The notes: generated by a model not told the origin, from the sequence alone. Positions 40,590 to 51,768 are shown, counted from the first letter of the stretch. The stretch is 64,000 bases of DNA from Candidatus Bathyarchaeota archaeon (GCA_963706285.1 CAVPLU010000009.1:32001-96000), one strand, 5' to 3'. Translations and numbers: made by a program.

Positions 40590-41417
40590 GTGGTCTCCGA
40601 CGCTGGGGCAGAAAAAGATCGGGAAGCAATCACCCACCTGATTGTCGTCCACGGCTTCGATTCCTGGTTTGAAAAACGCAGCGAGCTTTTCGAAACCATC
40701 GTAGGGAACGCCAATCGGATAGCTCGGGAGCTCGGCAAGAAAGTCCTGCCTGCAGCCACGAATCTGAAAGATTTTGGCGACCGCTTTGTGCGCTGGGACA
40801 CTCACTACCACGGAGCGTTCCTTGCAAGTATCGCCTTGGCCCTGGAAAACGGCTTTGAGAGAGTATTCATAGCATCATCACATAACCAAGATCAGCTTTT
40901 TCCTTGGGGATCGCACCCGATTCTCGATCCGCTGTGGTCAACTGAGCGTCTATCTTTTGTTCACGATGGCTGTGAGATAAGAAGAGTGGACAAAATTCGT
41001 TCTATCTCTCAAGCCCCAATTGTACTGAGCACGCTGCGAGTCTGCAGTGTTCGCAGCCACATCAAGAGTGTGTACAACTGTGGTTCGTGCGAGAAATGCT
41101 TGAGAACGATGATCGGCCTGCACATAACTGGAGCGCTGCAAAGGTGCACGACGCTGCCTCATTCCGTCGACGCTCGGCTTGTCCGCAACATCTATGTTCA
41201 TGATCGAAATACGAGAAGCTTTACCGACGAGCTTGTCAATTCCCTTGGCTCTTCGCAGATGGATTTGGCGATCAAATCTGCCCTTCAGGAGGGTCTTTCG
41301 GGGGAAAGAGGACCAATGGCGAGGCGGCGATTGGTCTCGATAATAACTCAACTCTTGGTCATGTATCTGCCTGCATTGTTGCCTGCATGGAAGAAGGTGC
41401 AGCAGGCTGTCACATGA
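40590..41417 (+). pseudogene. Paralog of 39289-40548 lacking the N-terminal half
   Basis: Starts at EAITHLIVVHGFD; GSHPILDPLWS and NCGSCEKCLRT. Confidence 0.7.
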
Positions 41418-41467
41418 GAGTCGACCGTTGAACTAAACCTGGCTGAACCTCACAACTCACAGAGAAT

Positions 41468-42627
41468 CTAGGAGCTTGTCAATTTCGCGAGTTCGGAGAC
41501 AATCCACGCGTGCTTCCCAGGAGCGGTTGGTGGGATCGAATCAGTCAGTGTCACCTCAACAGCTTGACCCTCCAATAGGTCACTAAGCTTCTTTCCCAGA
41601 CTGCTGGGGTTCAGGTCTTTGGCCTTCGAATCGACTTCCAGCAACAACATGACTCTCCCATCTGAGAATTGGTGCACCCTGAATCGCTTGATCAGAGCGT
41701 GATGTTCAAGGAAGCTCGCGTCAAGAGGGTGCACACGTCGGCCGGATCGGCTGATTAGGAAATCGTTCTTCCTGCCAACTAAATGCCCCATCAGAGCGAA
41801 ACCACTAATGCTTCGATTGACAGGTCTGTCTGTCAGATCACCGATGTCGTAGCGCAGCAGAGGAAAAGAGGGGTTGTTTAGAACTGACACTACAATTCTA
41901 TAGTATCCGCCTTCCACTAGCAGCGTTTCTAGGAAAACCAAATCTTCCCTCACTCGTAAGAAGTGCTCGTTGTCCTCGTACGCGATGACTTGGCATTCAG
42001 CGGCACCGTATTCCTCAGTCACATTGGTCTGAAAGGCTCTTTGCACAGCATTTCGGATATCGACGGTGACCTGCTCGGACGTAAGGGTAATCAGTTTGAG
42101 CGATCCCACCCTTGCGTTGCATTCAAGGGCTTCCAAAGCCAACAGGTAGATGGCTGAGCTGTAGCCATACAGGTGAGCCGGCTTGAAACTGGTCATATTG
42201 CGAAGATAACCCCGAAGATCTTCTTTCCCTAACCTGTAAGCGGAAAAGCGTACTCGGTCACGCAGCAAGTCTTCCACTCTTCGTCTGAGTCTGCCTACGC
42301 GTCCTGACAAGCCCGGCGCAAAAGACGCTCCGTGTCCCCAAACCATGGCCATTCGATCGAAAATGTCTACGCCGAAAAGCGCGCGCGAGCGGTACTGGCA
42401 GCACACCATCTCCATGCTAGTCTTCTCTTCAGGTACAATGCGAGTGGAATTACGGTCGACCCTCCTGTGTAAATCCATTTGCCATGAAGCGGTCTCTCTG
42501 ACAAGAGCATGCCACTTCTAGCGCTTGTCTTGCTTAGTACTGGCACGCTCGACACGTACTCCTCGAGGCTCCGGAACTCATCGGGTAGGTTCTTCTCACG
42601 CGCAAGTTGCCTGTAGTGGGGGATTCT
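41468..42627 (-). pseudogene. CapK/phenylacetate-CoA ligase-like adenylate-forming enzyme, 5'-truncated and frameshifted
   Basis: TGGST, EEYGAAE, PLLRYDIGD, GRKND and PGKH; split between ORFs 42367-42747 and 41468-42478. Confidence 0.75.
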
Positions 42628-42935
42628 CTGTACTACCGTTTTCCTCGAAGCTACGAGCACATTATCGACGCCTCTATTGGAGATCCTTCTAACGATGCTT
42701 CTCATTCCCGCAATGAGGGCAGGCGAAACACTGGAGATACGTGCCAAAATTGTCCAAATTGATGCAGGCCACAGCCAGGATCAGCAGATCTTCAGCTCTT
42801 GGAACCAAGAACTCTCGCAGATTTCGATCAGGGCGCCTATTCGTAGGAAACCTCCTTCGGCAGCTCAGGGAACACGAAGGGTCTTATTCTTCTCATGTGG
42901 TATCGACTCATTCTATTCGCTACTGCGAAGGCAGG
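42628..42935 (+). pseudogene. N-terminal fragment of another PP-loop paralog
   Basis: YRFPRSYEHIIDASIGDP / LLIPAMRAGETLEI / LFFSCGIDSFYSLL align with 39289-40548. Confidence 0.7.
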
Positions 42936-42941
42936 GCAAAC

Positions 42942-43213
42942 AAATAATATATTATATAATAAAATTAATTAAAAATAAAAATAAAAATAAAATAATATTA
43001 AAAAAATTTATAAAAAAAAATAAAAAAAAAAAAATAAATATTATTAAATTAATAAAAAATATAATAAAAAAAAATTATAAATGAATATAAAAATAATTAA
43101 ATTGAAATATATTTATTTTATAATGAAATTGAAAAAAGTTATATTTTTGAATTGATTGTTTATTATTAATGTATGAAAATAAAATTTGAAATAATGTAAA
43201 AATAAAAATTATT
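42942..43213. other. ~270-bp A/T low-complexity tract with no C (probable base-calling or assembly artefact)
   Basis: No C and few G, in a genome that is otherwise about half GC. Confidence 0.8.
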
Positions 43214-43860
43214 CTCGCACGCGGTTTGTATCGATCTTCCTTGACGAGTTCACTTCGAGCATCACCAGCACTGCTCCGTCTGAGAATTGGTGGATCTGAA
43301 GCGCTTGACCATGTTCCGTTGTCCGATCATGTACGGCAGCCAGCTGTGGCTAAGCACACAGGTCGACCAGAGCGACTAATGAGAAGATCGTTCCTTCTTC
43401 GATTACAGGTCAAGGATACCGAAACCATATCAGCTGGAATGACCGGCTTGTCGGTTAGATCGCCGATGTCATAGCGCAGGAGCGGGAACGATGGGTTGTT
43501 CAAACTGATATGATAACCTATAGTGATTGCTCTCTGTGGTAGTGTTTCAACGATTACAAGATCATCTCTCACCGTAGATTATGCTGATTATCCTCATACG
43601 CGATAACGGGGCACTCTGCGGCACGTACTCTGGACGACATTTGTATGAATGCACGCTGGACAGTATCGCTCATATCTTGTGTGACACCTCCGAGGTATTA
43701 ACAACTGATGGCCCAACACCACCCACCGGACTCGTAGAGGTGTTCTCCGATTTCGTACGAGTAGATTGTGTGGAGGTGCTGTGTGGAGGGATCTATGATT
43801 GGATCGTCTGAAGTGATCGCGCGTGAGCGGATCATTACGTAGATCGTGTGGACCGCAGAT
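43214..43860 (-). pseudogene. Heavily degraded second CapK-like paralog
   Basis: LNNPSFPLLRYDIGDLTDKPV and RRNDLLISRSGRPV, with synonymous differences from 41468-42627. Confidence 0.7.
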
Positions 43861-44064
43861 GGTTTCCAGTTTCCAACCTTAAAACCGTGTGAAATAACCC
43901 GAGCGCCCTTCCTAGGCTCTCGCTCCATCTTGCGTTGGAGCCTTTCTCCTCGACTTTGACAACGGTGCCGAAAATTGTCGTGTAACTTGAATGCTCACGC
44001 TTATATCAATTCCATTCAGAATGAGATGAGAAACACATTGAGAATTCACATTAGCAACAATGCA

Positions 44065-45673
44065 ATGACGCGAATGCATGGATTGATAATCATCATAATA
44101 GTCGTAGTCGTTGCCGCGCTGGGAGCGTACTACAACCAGCCCGAGCAACGGAAAAGGAAACTCGTGGTTGACTTCTGGTATGAATCGTCAGGGCATTTTC
44201 CCCAGAGCGAGGACCAAGCCATGCTGTACAAGGCACAGCTGGAACGAACAGGACTAATCACCGTCAACCTACATTCTGCCGACTATCCAAGCTATAGGAA
44301 GAACAGAGCCGCCGACATCATGCCTGTATTCATGGCTGGCTGGTATCCGGACTATTTGGATCCTGATAATTTTGTCCTTATGATGCATTCCAAGTGGGGA
44401 GGATTCCTGCACACATACTACAGTAATCCCGAGATGGACGGACTAATCGAGCTAGCCCGAGTGGCGTTGGACCAGGCAACAAGGAATCAACTCTACCAAC
44501 AAATTCAGAAGATCATGGTTGAGGATGCGCCCATCGTGCCAGTCTGGCAGGGTACTAATTGGGCGATAACTAACCCAGATGTAGAACGCGTTGTACTTGA
44601 CATAACGGAATACCTTCGCTACTGGCTCATCGAGAGCTCAAGAGACACATTGATTCTTGGAACCACAGACTCAGTGGCGACTAACCTAGACCCAGCTGAA
44701 GCTTACGATTACTTCGGAATGAACGTTTTTCTGAACACGGGAGCGGGGCTCGTCTACATCGAAGCTGGCTCACAAGCAGGTCCGGAAGACTTCACGCCCG
44801 GATTGGCGACAAATTGGTCATCAAGCCCGAATGGGCTCACGTGGACCTTGGATCTAAGGCAGGGCGTGAAGTTCTACGACGGAACAGAATTCAACGCAAG
44901 TCATGTGAAGTACAGTTTCGACAGATCCATGAGCCTTTACCTTCCAGACAGCGCTCAGGCTGCGATTGGGTACAAGGACATCATTGACAGAGTGCAAGTG
45001 ACCTCCAAGTATCAGATTATGTTTCACCTCAAGATTCCGTTCGCTCCCTTCCTCGCGCTGATGGCGTATCCTGGGTCTTACATTGTCAACCCTAAGCTAG
45101 CTTCGCTGGACAAGACAGTCAACTACGTGGAAGGGGACGCTCGCGCGAGCAACCCGAACGATCTAGGACCTTACGTACTGACGTCGTGGGTTAGGAAGGC
45201 TGGGAAAGACTATGAGATGCGGTACGATGCTAACCCGAACTATTGGGGGATCGGTGACGGATACCCAAAGACGCGAGCACATTGTTGTAAGATTCTATTC
45301 CGATGCTACCACGCTAGCCAATGCCATGAAGTCCGGAGATATCGACATTGCCCATAGGCAGCTGGCGGCAACCGATATCAAGAACTTCCAAACCGACCCA
45401 ACTGTGAAGGTCTGGCAAGGCACCGGTGCCTACGTACAGTACATCTGTTTCCAAGAGAAGATACCCCCGTTCGATAACTCCAAGGTAAGACAGGCAATTG
45501 CCGCAGCACTCAACAGACAAGAGGTAGTGGACACCGTTTTCCTAGGGCAGGCAGCGCCTCTCTACAGCATGATACCGAACGGAATGGCGTTCCACCAAGA
45601 CGCATACAAGATCCTTGGAGACGCAAACACCTCCCTCACCGTGAGCATGCTGCAAGAACTGGGCTACGGTTAG
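44065..45673 (+). CDS. Family-5 (peptide/nickel) ABC substrate-binding protein, circularly permuted (frameshift near 45275)
   Basis: N-terminal TM; GWYPDYLDPDNF and YSNPEMD precede LDPAEAYD, LRQGVKFYDGTEFNASHVKYSF and PFDNSKVRQAIAAALNR. Confidence 0.85.
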
Positions 45674-45860
45674 AACATTTTCAATCCATTTCAACGCTCA
45701 GCAAGTCATCGGATCCATCAAGCAGATGCTGCTTTGCCGCCTACAGACGACCCCTGCCTAGAGAAAGCTCGTTGCTTCCTAGCACACCGGAATCTTCGAC
45801 CAATCGCTCTTTGTCTGTTCTACCTAGGAACAAACCGTAACTTCGTCTTCGGGTCTCTTA

Positions 45861-45890
45861 GTGTGTGCGCACCGGCCCAAACACAGCACA
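45861..45890. repeat. Palindromic element copy
   Basis: gtgtgtgcgcaccggcccaaacacagcaca resembles the copy at 2326. Confidence 0.6.
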
Positions 45891-46012
45891 GTGAGTCCAG
45901 ATCACGATATCCGCATTTAGTCAGCACAGTAGAGGACAGAGTTTCTTGCGTCTCGATTTGAAGGACTGCTATCGATTATCGCTGCGCGCCGTTTATGGCC
46001 TTAGGTGATCAC

Positions 46013-46134
46013 GATTCCGCTTCCGATTCAGGCGCCGCAATTTCGTTGCCAGTTGCTCTCATCGATACGAAAATAGGATCAAGCGCCACAAGATCTGAGT
46101 TCGTTGCCACTCGAAGGGACGGGCTGTGAGGGTA
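46013..46134. repeat. ~120-bp direct repeat, right copy
   Basis: Aligns to 37009-37130. Confidence 0.9.
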
Positions 46135-46449
46135 TCATGAGCGGAGGCTGGATTCGTATCTTGCATCCCTTAACTGCTGGTTTAGCCGCTTCACTTTCGC
46201 TGCGATGTCTTTGAAATCGAACTGTTCTACGCTGAAGCGTGCTAGGTCAACCTCCCACGCTTCCTGTCCCGACTGTGCATCTTTTCTCAGTTGCCATCGA
46301 TAGAATCGGATATCTCGAGTGCCCATCTCGGATTCTACCGCCACAATAGCCATGATCAGGTTCGGAGAACGGTAGATATCGAACCCACCAAGCTGCTTAA
46401 GGAACTCGCCTTCTCGAATGGGATAGTCTCTTCTGAACTCCTCACTCAC
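46135..46449 (-). CDS. Hypothetical protein
   Basis: 104-aa ORF with GAGGTGA upstream and globular composition. Confidence 0.7.
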   Translation of the reverse strand: MSEEFRRDYPIREGEFLKQLGGFDIYRSPNLIMAIVAVESEMGTRDIRFYRWQLRKDAQSGQEAWEVDLARFSVEQFDFKDIAAKVKRLNQQLRDARYESSLRS

Positions 46450-46603
46450 CTACTGGTCACCTCTCAAGGATCCGTACACTCGTGACTGCTCCGCTGTCCC
46501 GAATAGCCACACGACACGTATTGAGCAACCATGGACGTTAAGCCTTCCTCGGCACAACTCGGACACATAACCGCACTCCAATCCGTCGCAGGACCCCTCC
46601 TCC

Positions 46604-47899
46604 TCAACCGAGAATCAAGTAGAGCAGGAAACCGTTGAACAAGATGATGACTCCAATGAAGATTGCTGCAAGGATTGTCGTGATTCTTCTGTTAACGAAG
46701 GAGCCCATTAGGTTCTTGTCATTTGTGAGTATCAGAAGGGGCAATAGAGGAAGCGGGACCAGTAAGCTCAAGGCGACTTGGCTGTAGACGAGAATTAGAA
46801 GCGGCTCTATTCCAGCGAGGATCGCGATTGTGGTTGGAATGGTGTTTATCAAACGTGTAACAATTCTTCGAATCCAGAGGTTCATCTTCCGACCGAGCAT
46901 TCCTTCCATGATTGCCTGTCCTGCAATAGTGGCTGTAGTTGAAGATGAGAGTCCTGAGGCGAGCAGGGTTATTCCAAACACAGTAGCTGCGGCCGGCCCA
47001 AAGAGAGGTTGAAGAGTAAGATAAGCGTCCTGAATTGTGGCAACGTTCGATTGATGCGATCCGAACGCTGCTGCGGCCATCACCATAATCGCAGCATTGA
47101 CAAGGCCTGCAAAAGTGAACATGATAATGCTCTCAGCAATATGGAGTCGCATCACTCGGCGTTTCGTTTCTATGCTTGGCTCGGTTACCTTATCGTTCGC
47201 AAGGGCCGAGTGAACGAAAATTGCGTGCGGCATGACAGTCGCGCCTATCACACCCACCGCGATTAGAACTCTATCGGTAGAGGCGAGGTTAGGAATAATC
47301 GACCCTGCTATCACAGGGGCCAGACTGGGCCCGGTAATGAGAATTTCGAAAACGTATCCAATCCCTATCGTTAGCACAAGGCTCATGAAAAAGTACTCCA
47401 GACGACGAACCTTACCTCCTGTCAATCCCATGACTAGAATAACATCTAGAACCGAAAGGAACGTTCCATAGAGGAGTGGTATTCCGAAAAGTAGGTTGAA
47501 GGCAATGACGGTGCCGAGAAACTCTGCGAGGTCGGTCATCACGGTGGCCACTTCAGAAGCAAACCAGTAGGACAAAATGTAGGCAGGTCTACTGAGGCGA
47601 AGACGTATGAGCTCCGGAAGAGAATGCCCTGTAGCTATACCGAGCTTTCCAGAAAGGTATTGCAGCAGCATAGCCATGACTCCGGCCAGCCAGACAATCC
47701 AGAGCATGCTATAACCAAACGAGGCACCTCCGCTGATATCTGTCCCATAATTACCCGGGTCCATGTAAGCTACGCTTACCATAAGCGCGGGACCGAAGTA
47801 GTTCCACAGATCACGCCAGAAGCTACTCGAGTTCGTGGAAGCCTCAGTTCTTGGACCTCGCACCTCTCTTGCCGTCCTGTGGCTACTCGCGTCAGCCAA
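46604..47899 (-). CDS. mntH: Nramp family divalent metal transporter
   Basis: VAYMDPGN, GATVMPH and AGQAIMEG. Confidence 0.95.
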   Translation of the reverse strand: MADASSHRTAREVRGPRTEASTNSSSFWRDLWNYFGPALMVSVAYMDPGNYGTDISGGASFGYSMLWIVWLAGVMAMLLQYLSGKLGIATGHSLPELIRLRLSRPAYILSYWFASEVATVMTDLAEFLGTVIAFNLLFGIPLLYGTFLSVLDVILVMGLTGGKVRRLEYFFMSLVLTIGIGYVFEILITGPSLAPVIAGSIIPNLASTDRVLIAVGVIGATVMPHAIFVHSALANDKVTEPSIETKRRVMRLHIAESIIMFTFAGLVNAAIMVMAAAAFGSHQSNVATIQDAYLTLQPLFGPAAATVFGITLLASGLSSSTTATIAGQAIMEGMLGRKMNLWIRRIVTRLINTIPTTIAILAGIEPLLILVYSQVALSLLVPLPLLPLLILTNDKNLMGSFVNRRITTILAAIFIGVIILFNGFLLYLILG

Positions 47900-47970
47900 A
47901 TGGCTTCTTCAGCTGACACGCTCACAGCGGGATCGATGTCGACTTCGGGAAATCCTTGTTAGGTGTCTTG

Positions 47971-49596
47971 TCACATCATGCCCATTCCGGGAGGCATACC
48001 TCCCCCGGGCGGTCCGCCAGCAGGTCCCTTTTCTCCCTTAGACGAAACTACGTCGTCGATACGGAGAATCATGCATGCTACTTCCGTTGATGACTTGATG
48101 GCTTGCTGTTTGACGCGAAGAGGCTCAATCACTTTCTCTTTGAGCATGTCAGCCACCTTTCCATCGTAGACGCTGACACCAAACCACTTGTTTCCGCTGT
48201 TCTGGTGCTTCATTCTTAGTTCAATCATGATGTCGATAGGGTCGAGTCCTGCATTCTGTGCGAGCGTCAATGGTATTGATTCGACAGCTTCTGCAAAGGA
48301 TTGAACGCCCAACTGCTCTCTTCCTCCAACCTTGACTGCAAAGTCACGAAGTTGCTTTGCCAGTTCCGCCTCAATAGAGCCTCCACCAGCAACGATCTTG
48401 CCGTCCTCAACGACGTTTCGGACTACGCAAAGGGCGTCGTGAATTGATCGTTCAGCTTCCTCGATAACGTGTTCGGAGCCGCCTCGTATCATAATGGTCA
48501 CCGCCTTCGGGTCTTTGCATTCCCTAATGTAGAGTAGCTTGTCGTCACCGATCTTGACCTCCTCTATCAGCTTGGCTTCGCCTAAGGATTCAGCGCCTAG
48601 ATCCTTCAGGGTCGCCACGATTTTCCCACCGGTTGCTCTTCCAAGTTTTTCCATGTCGCCGCTGCTAAGGTTCTTCGCGGCGAGGATTCCTCGTCTTGCA
48701 AGATAATGCAGAACAATGTCGTCAATACCTTTCTCGGATAACACTACGTTGGCCTTTGAATCGGCGATCTTCTCCACCATCTGCCTCATCGTTTTTTCCT
48801 CTTCATCTAGGAACGTTTTCATCTGGTCTGGGCTTTCGATAGTGATCTTTGCTTCGATCTCTGTCTTCTCAATCTCGAGCTTGGTATTGAGAAGGGCGAT
48901 TCTGGCTTTCTCTACTCGTTTCGGCATCCCTGGGTGAGCGATCTCCTTGTCGATGACGATACCTTTGATCAACTCTGTTTGATCTATTCCTTCGCCGCGT
49001 TTTTTCAACACTTTTATCCTATCGATATCTGCTTTGATCTTTCCATTCGAGTTCTCCATTACTTGTGTAACAGCTGAGGTGGCGAGTTGGGCAAGGTAGT
49101 CTTTGCTGGTTGCTACTGTCTTGGTTCCCATTGATGTGCTTGCTATCTGGCGTAGGGTTTTGATATCGGTCGAGTCTACCGTGATAGCTAGGGAGTCCAG
49201 GATCTGGAGAGCTTCAGCTGAACCTTTCTTGTAACCGTCTATGATGATCGTCGGGTGAACGTCCTGATCCATTAGTTCTTGAGCTTTCGAGAGAAGCTCC
49301 CCCGCCAGTATGACTGCCGTGGTCGTGCCATCGCCGACCTCGTTGTCTTGGCTTTTTGCAACTTCCACGAGCATCTTCGCCGCGGGATGTTGAACGTCGA
49401 ATTCCTTCATGATCGTGGCGCCGTCGCTAGTTATGACGACGTCCCCCATGCCGCTCACAAGCATCTTGTCCATTCCAAGCGGACCTAGTGTCGTTCGTAT
49501 AGTCTCAGTAACAATCTTGGCCGCCATGATGTTGCTTCGTTGAGCATCGTGACCCTTGCTTTCTGTTGATCCTTCCCGAAGAATGTAGATCGGCAT
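47971..49596 (-). CDS. Thermosome (group II chaperonin) subunit
   Basis: [23 protein letters not shown] and a GGM tail. Confidence 0.97.
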   Translation of the reverse strand: MPIYILREGSTESKGHDAQRSNIMAAKIVTETIRTTLGPLGMDKMLVSGMGDVVITSDGATIMKEFDVQHPAAKMLVEVAKSQDNEVGDGTTTAVILAGELLSKAQELMDQDVHPTIIIDGYKKGSAEALQILDSLAITVDSTDIKTLRQIASTSMGTKTVATSKDYLAQLATSAVTQVMENSNGKIKADIDRIKVLKKRGEGIDQTELIKGIVIDKEIAHPGMPKRVEKARIALLNTKLEIEKTEIEAKITIESPDQMKTFLDEEEKTMRQMVEKIADSKANVVLSEKGIDDIVLHYLARRGILAAKNLSSGDMEKLGRATGGKIVATLKDLGAESLGEAKLIEEVKIGDDKLLYIRECKDPKAVTIMIRGGSEHVIEEAERSIHDALCVVRNVVEDGKIVAGGGSIEAELAKQLRDFAVKVGGREQLGVQSFAEAVESIPLTLAQNAGLDPIDIMIELRMKHQNSGNKWFGVSVYDGKVADMLKEKVIEPLRVKQQAIKSSTEVACMILRIDDVVSSKGEKGPAGGPPGGGMPPGMGMM

Positions 49597-49695
49597 TGTT
49601 CCTTCAGACAACTTAATCCAAACCGTTAACAGGATGGGCTGCCCGCTTGATAAACCAAGCACCCGTAACGGGTCTTAGCAAGGAATGTGGCCGTG

Positions 49696-49803
49696 ATGGG
49701 TTGGTACTGTCCAAAGTGCCGTTCGGTGTTCGTTGAGTTTCAATCCACTTGTCCATACTGCCTTGTACGGCTGAGAAAGTCGAAGTACGAGGACCGGATC
49801 TAG
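49696..49803 (+). CDS. 35-aa zinc-finger micro-protein
   Basis: MGWYCPKCRSVFVEFQSTCPYCLVRLRKSKYEDRI. Confidence 0.65.
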   Translation: MGWYCPKCRSVFVEFQSTCPYCLVRLRKSKYEDRI

Positions 49804-49819
49804 CCGAAACAGAACAAAG

Positions 49820-49843
49820 CCATCCCTACCGCCTCAGGATGGT
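49820..49843. terminator. Hairpin between convergent micro-ORFs
   Basis: ccatcc...ggatgg inverted repeat. Confidence 0.35.
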
Positions 49844-49853
49844 GGTTTGAGCC

Positions 49854-50003
49854 TCATCGGTGGGTCGTGAATGATTTTCGACATTGTTCTGAGCAGAAAA
49901 CGTACCCTTTGGATAGGATGGGGTTCTCGATTTTCTTGCCGCAATTCGAACAGTATTTCCCATGAGTTCCGTTCGCTACCTCATTCAACGATGCGCACAC
50001 CAT
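49854..50003 (-). CDS. TRASH/zf-FCS-like metal-binding micro-protein
   Basis: YCSNCGKKIENPILSKGYVFCSEQC. Confidence 0.65.
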   Translation of the reverse strand: MVCASLNEVANGTHGKYCSNCGKKIENPILSKGYVFCSEQCRKSFTTHR

Positions 50004-50097
50004 TTACTTGCTTTCGTTGTCGCTCATATGCCTTGCGAGCAAGACCGCTGAAGATTCAGATTATAAGCGCGGGCACGGAATCGTTGATCGAGAAGAT

Positions 50098-50307
50098 TTG
50101 TCCGCACGCAAACGCGACCGCAAGTGGAAGGAAGAGTGGACTGGCCTAAGAACGGGAGAGTCGAAGCCACGAACCCGCGGAGTCAAGAGAAGAGAGAAGG
50201 GAGCAAAGGGAAAGTTCCGACTCCGAGGGATGGGAAAAGATGCAGGCGCCCGAAGCCGATGGAGGCCAAGACAGAACAGACAAAACAGAACGAGTCACCA
50301 AAGGTAA
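50098..50307 (+). CDS. Small Arg/Lys-rich basic protein
   Basis: TTG start after a TATA-like attataag; MSARKRDRKWKEEW...RWRPRQNRQNRTSHQR. Confidence 0.5.
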   Translation: MSARKRDRKWKEEWTGLRTGESKPRTRGVKRREKGAKGKFRLRGMGKDAGARSRWRPRQNRQNRTSHQR

Positions 50308-50441
50308 GAGACGTAACACTGAATAGAGCTGATAGATGTCTGGGAGTTTTGAGGTCTGACGTGGCTCTACTTCGCAATTCGTTCGAACCTATTGCCACGG
50401 GACTAGTTAGAAAACCAACATAGTTGGAGGTGAGAACAGGT

Positions 50442-50627
50442 ATGAGTCAAAGAGAGTACGAAGTTGAGATGACCAACGATCGCAAGAAGCTAATAGAGTT
50501 GCTTCAGCAGGGATTCAACTACATCTGCGATTACGAGGGCATGAAAGTACTCCGGAAGGAGAGCGGGAAATCCCGCAGGCGGAGAGAATTCATTAAGAGC
50601 TATTCCAGCCATCAACGAGAGACATAA
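50442..50627 (+). CDS. Small protein resembling the C-terminal tail of archaeal tyrosine integrases
   Basis: GGAGGTGA SD; EYEVEMTNDRKKLIELLQQGFNYICDYEGMKVLRK. Confidence 0.65.
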   Translation: MSQREYEVEMTNDRKKLIELLQQGFNYICDYEGMKVLRKESGKSRRRREFIKSYSSHQRET

Positions 50628-50865
50628 TGAAGCGGAGAGCAGGCGAATGCGTCCGGGCGAGTCATTTCTTCTTGCTCCAGTAATCAAGATGACCTCGACA
50701 AATGCTAGGGAGAGTTCTCGCACTACGCGTGAATCAACGTGCAAAATTCCTCGGTTCGCATTTCTAGCCTACGCTTCGGCAACACGAGACATCTCAACAC
50801 TGATAGAGACCAAAGGCCTTATGACCTTTGAAGATAACGAGCTAGAGAGCATAAGAGGAAGCCAA

Positions 50866-51000
50866 TTGCCCAGACGCAGTGGTCGGCAAAGAAGAAAGCG
50901 TGTTCACTCACGAAGAAACCCTACACGAAGAGGAAAGCGCACACGCATGGCGGAAAGAGACCGGAAGCGGAAAGCCGAGACAGGACCTACGAGGCCCTAG
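50866..51000 (+). CDS. 44-aa protamine-like Arg-rich peptide
   Basis: GAGG then TTG; MPRRSGRQRRKRVHSRRNPTRRGKRTRMAERDRKRKAETGPTRP. Confidence 0.55.
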   Translation: MPRRSGRQRRKRVHSRRNPTRRGKRTRMAERDRKRKAETGPTRP

Positions 51001-51063
51001 CGGGGCCTACCGGGAAATATTATATACATCTTATGCCGGAAAAAATATTGAGGTCGTTAGACA

Positions 51064-51213
51064 TTGGATATACTGTGGGTTATTGTTATAGTTCTTGTAA
51101 TTCTCTGGCTCTTGGGCCTACTCAGCGGAATAGGGACTCTAGTTCACATATTGCTGGTCATCGTTCTGATTGTGATTGTGGTCAGGCTTCTTCAAGGGAG
51201 AAAAATATTCTAG
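51064..51213 (+). CDS. lmo0937/DUF5670-like small membrane protein (absent from the ORF track)
   Basis: GAGGT SD; MDILWVIVIVLVILWLLGLLSGIGTLVHILLVIVLIVIVVRLLQGRKIF. Confidence 0.8.
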   Translation: MDILWVIVIVLVILWLLGLLSGIGTLVHILLVIVLIVIVVRLLQGRKIF

Positions 51214-51236
51214 TTCGAATTTGAACAGGATGAAGA

Positions 51237-51488
51237 GTGGATTTTATGATATCGTCTTTGCTTGTTGCAAGCATTGTTCGGGTGCTTAACGAAATAGGTG
51301 TGAATCAGACTGCAGGTTCCATGGTTAATTCAGCCTATACGTGGCTGGTGACCCTGAGTCCGATCATGCTGATAATCTTGGGCGTAATCGTATTCATCGC
51401 TGGGAGGTTCGCGAAATGGATCGGCATCATAATGGTCATCGTCGGCGTCATCTTCCTAGTCCTACCGTACATACTAGGCGTGATCTAG
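51237..51488 (+). CDS. Small membrane protein
   Basis: Two hydrophobic helices. Confidence 0.7.
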   Translation: MDFMISSLLVASIVRVLNEIGVNQTAGSMVNSAYTWLVTLSPIMLIILGVIVFIAGRFAKWIGIIMVIVGVIFLVLPYILGVI

Positions 51489-51506
51489 CCAGAGTCTGTG
51501 TAACCT

Positions 51507-51725
51507 ATGAGTCATTCGAGTAATTACTGCGATCAGTGTGGCGCTAACCTGAAGCCACAGTTCCAGTTCCGTGAGAACCAGCCCATGCTGTTCTACTGCC
51601 TTCAGTGCAAAGCCCCTAGAACCGTCGTGGCCACAGAGCATAAGCACCGAACCGACTATGCAATGGCTGATTGCCCCGAATGCGGCTCAAAAATGAGCAC
51701 GTACGAAGCGAACCCTTCAGGATAG
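51507..51725 (+). CDS. Triple-CxxC zinc-finger micro-protein
   Basis: CDQC, CLQC and CPECG. Confidence 0.75.
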   Translation: MSHSSNYCDQCGANLKPQFQFRENQPMLFYCLQCKAPRTVVATEHKHRTDYAMADCPECGSKMSTYEANPSG

Positions 51726-51768
51726 AAGAGAGAATAACTGAAAAAGAGATTCAAGGGGTGATTTCAAG

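Noticed and set aside
42677-43084. ORF with an I/K/N-rich C-terminus as a real protein
   Set aside because: The tail is simply a translation of the C-free AT tract
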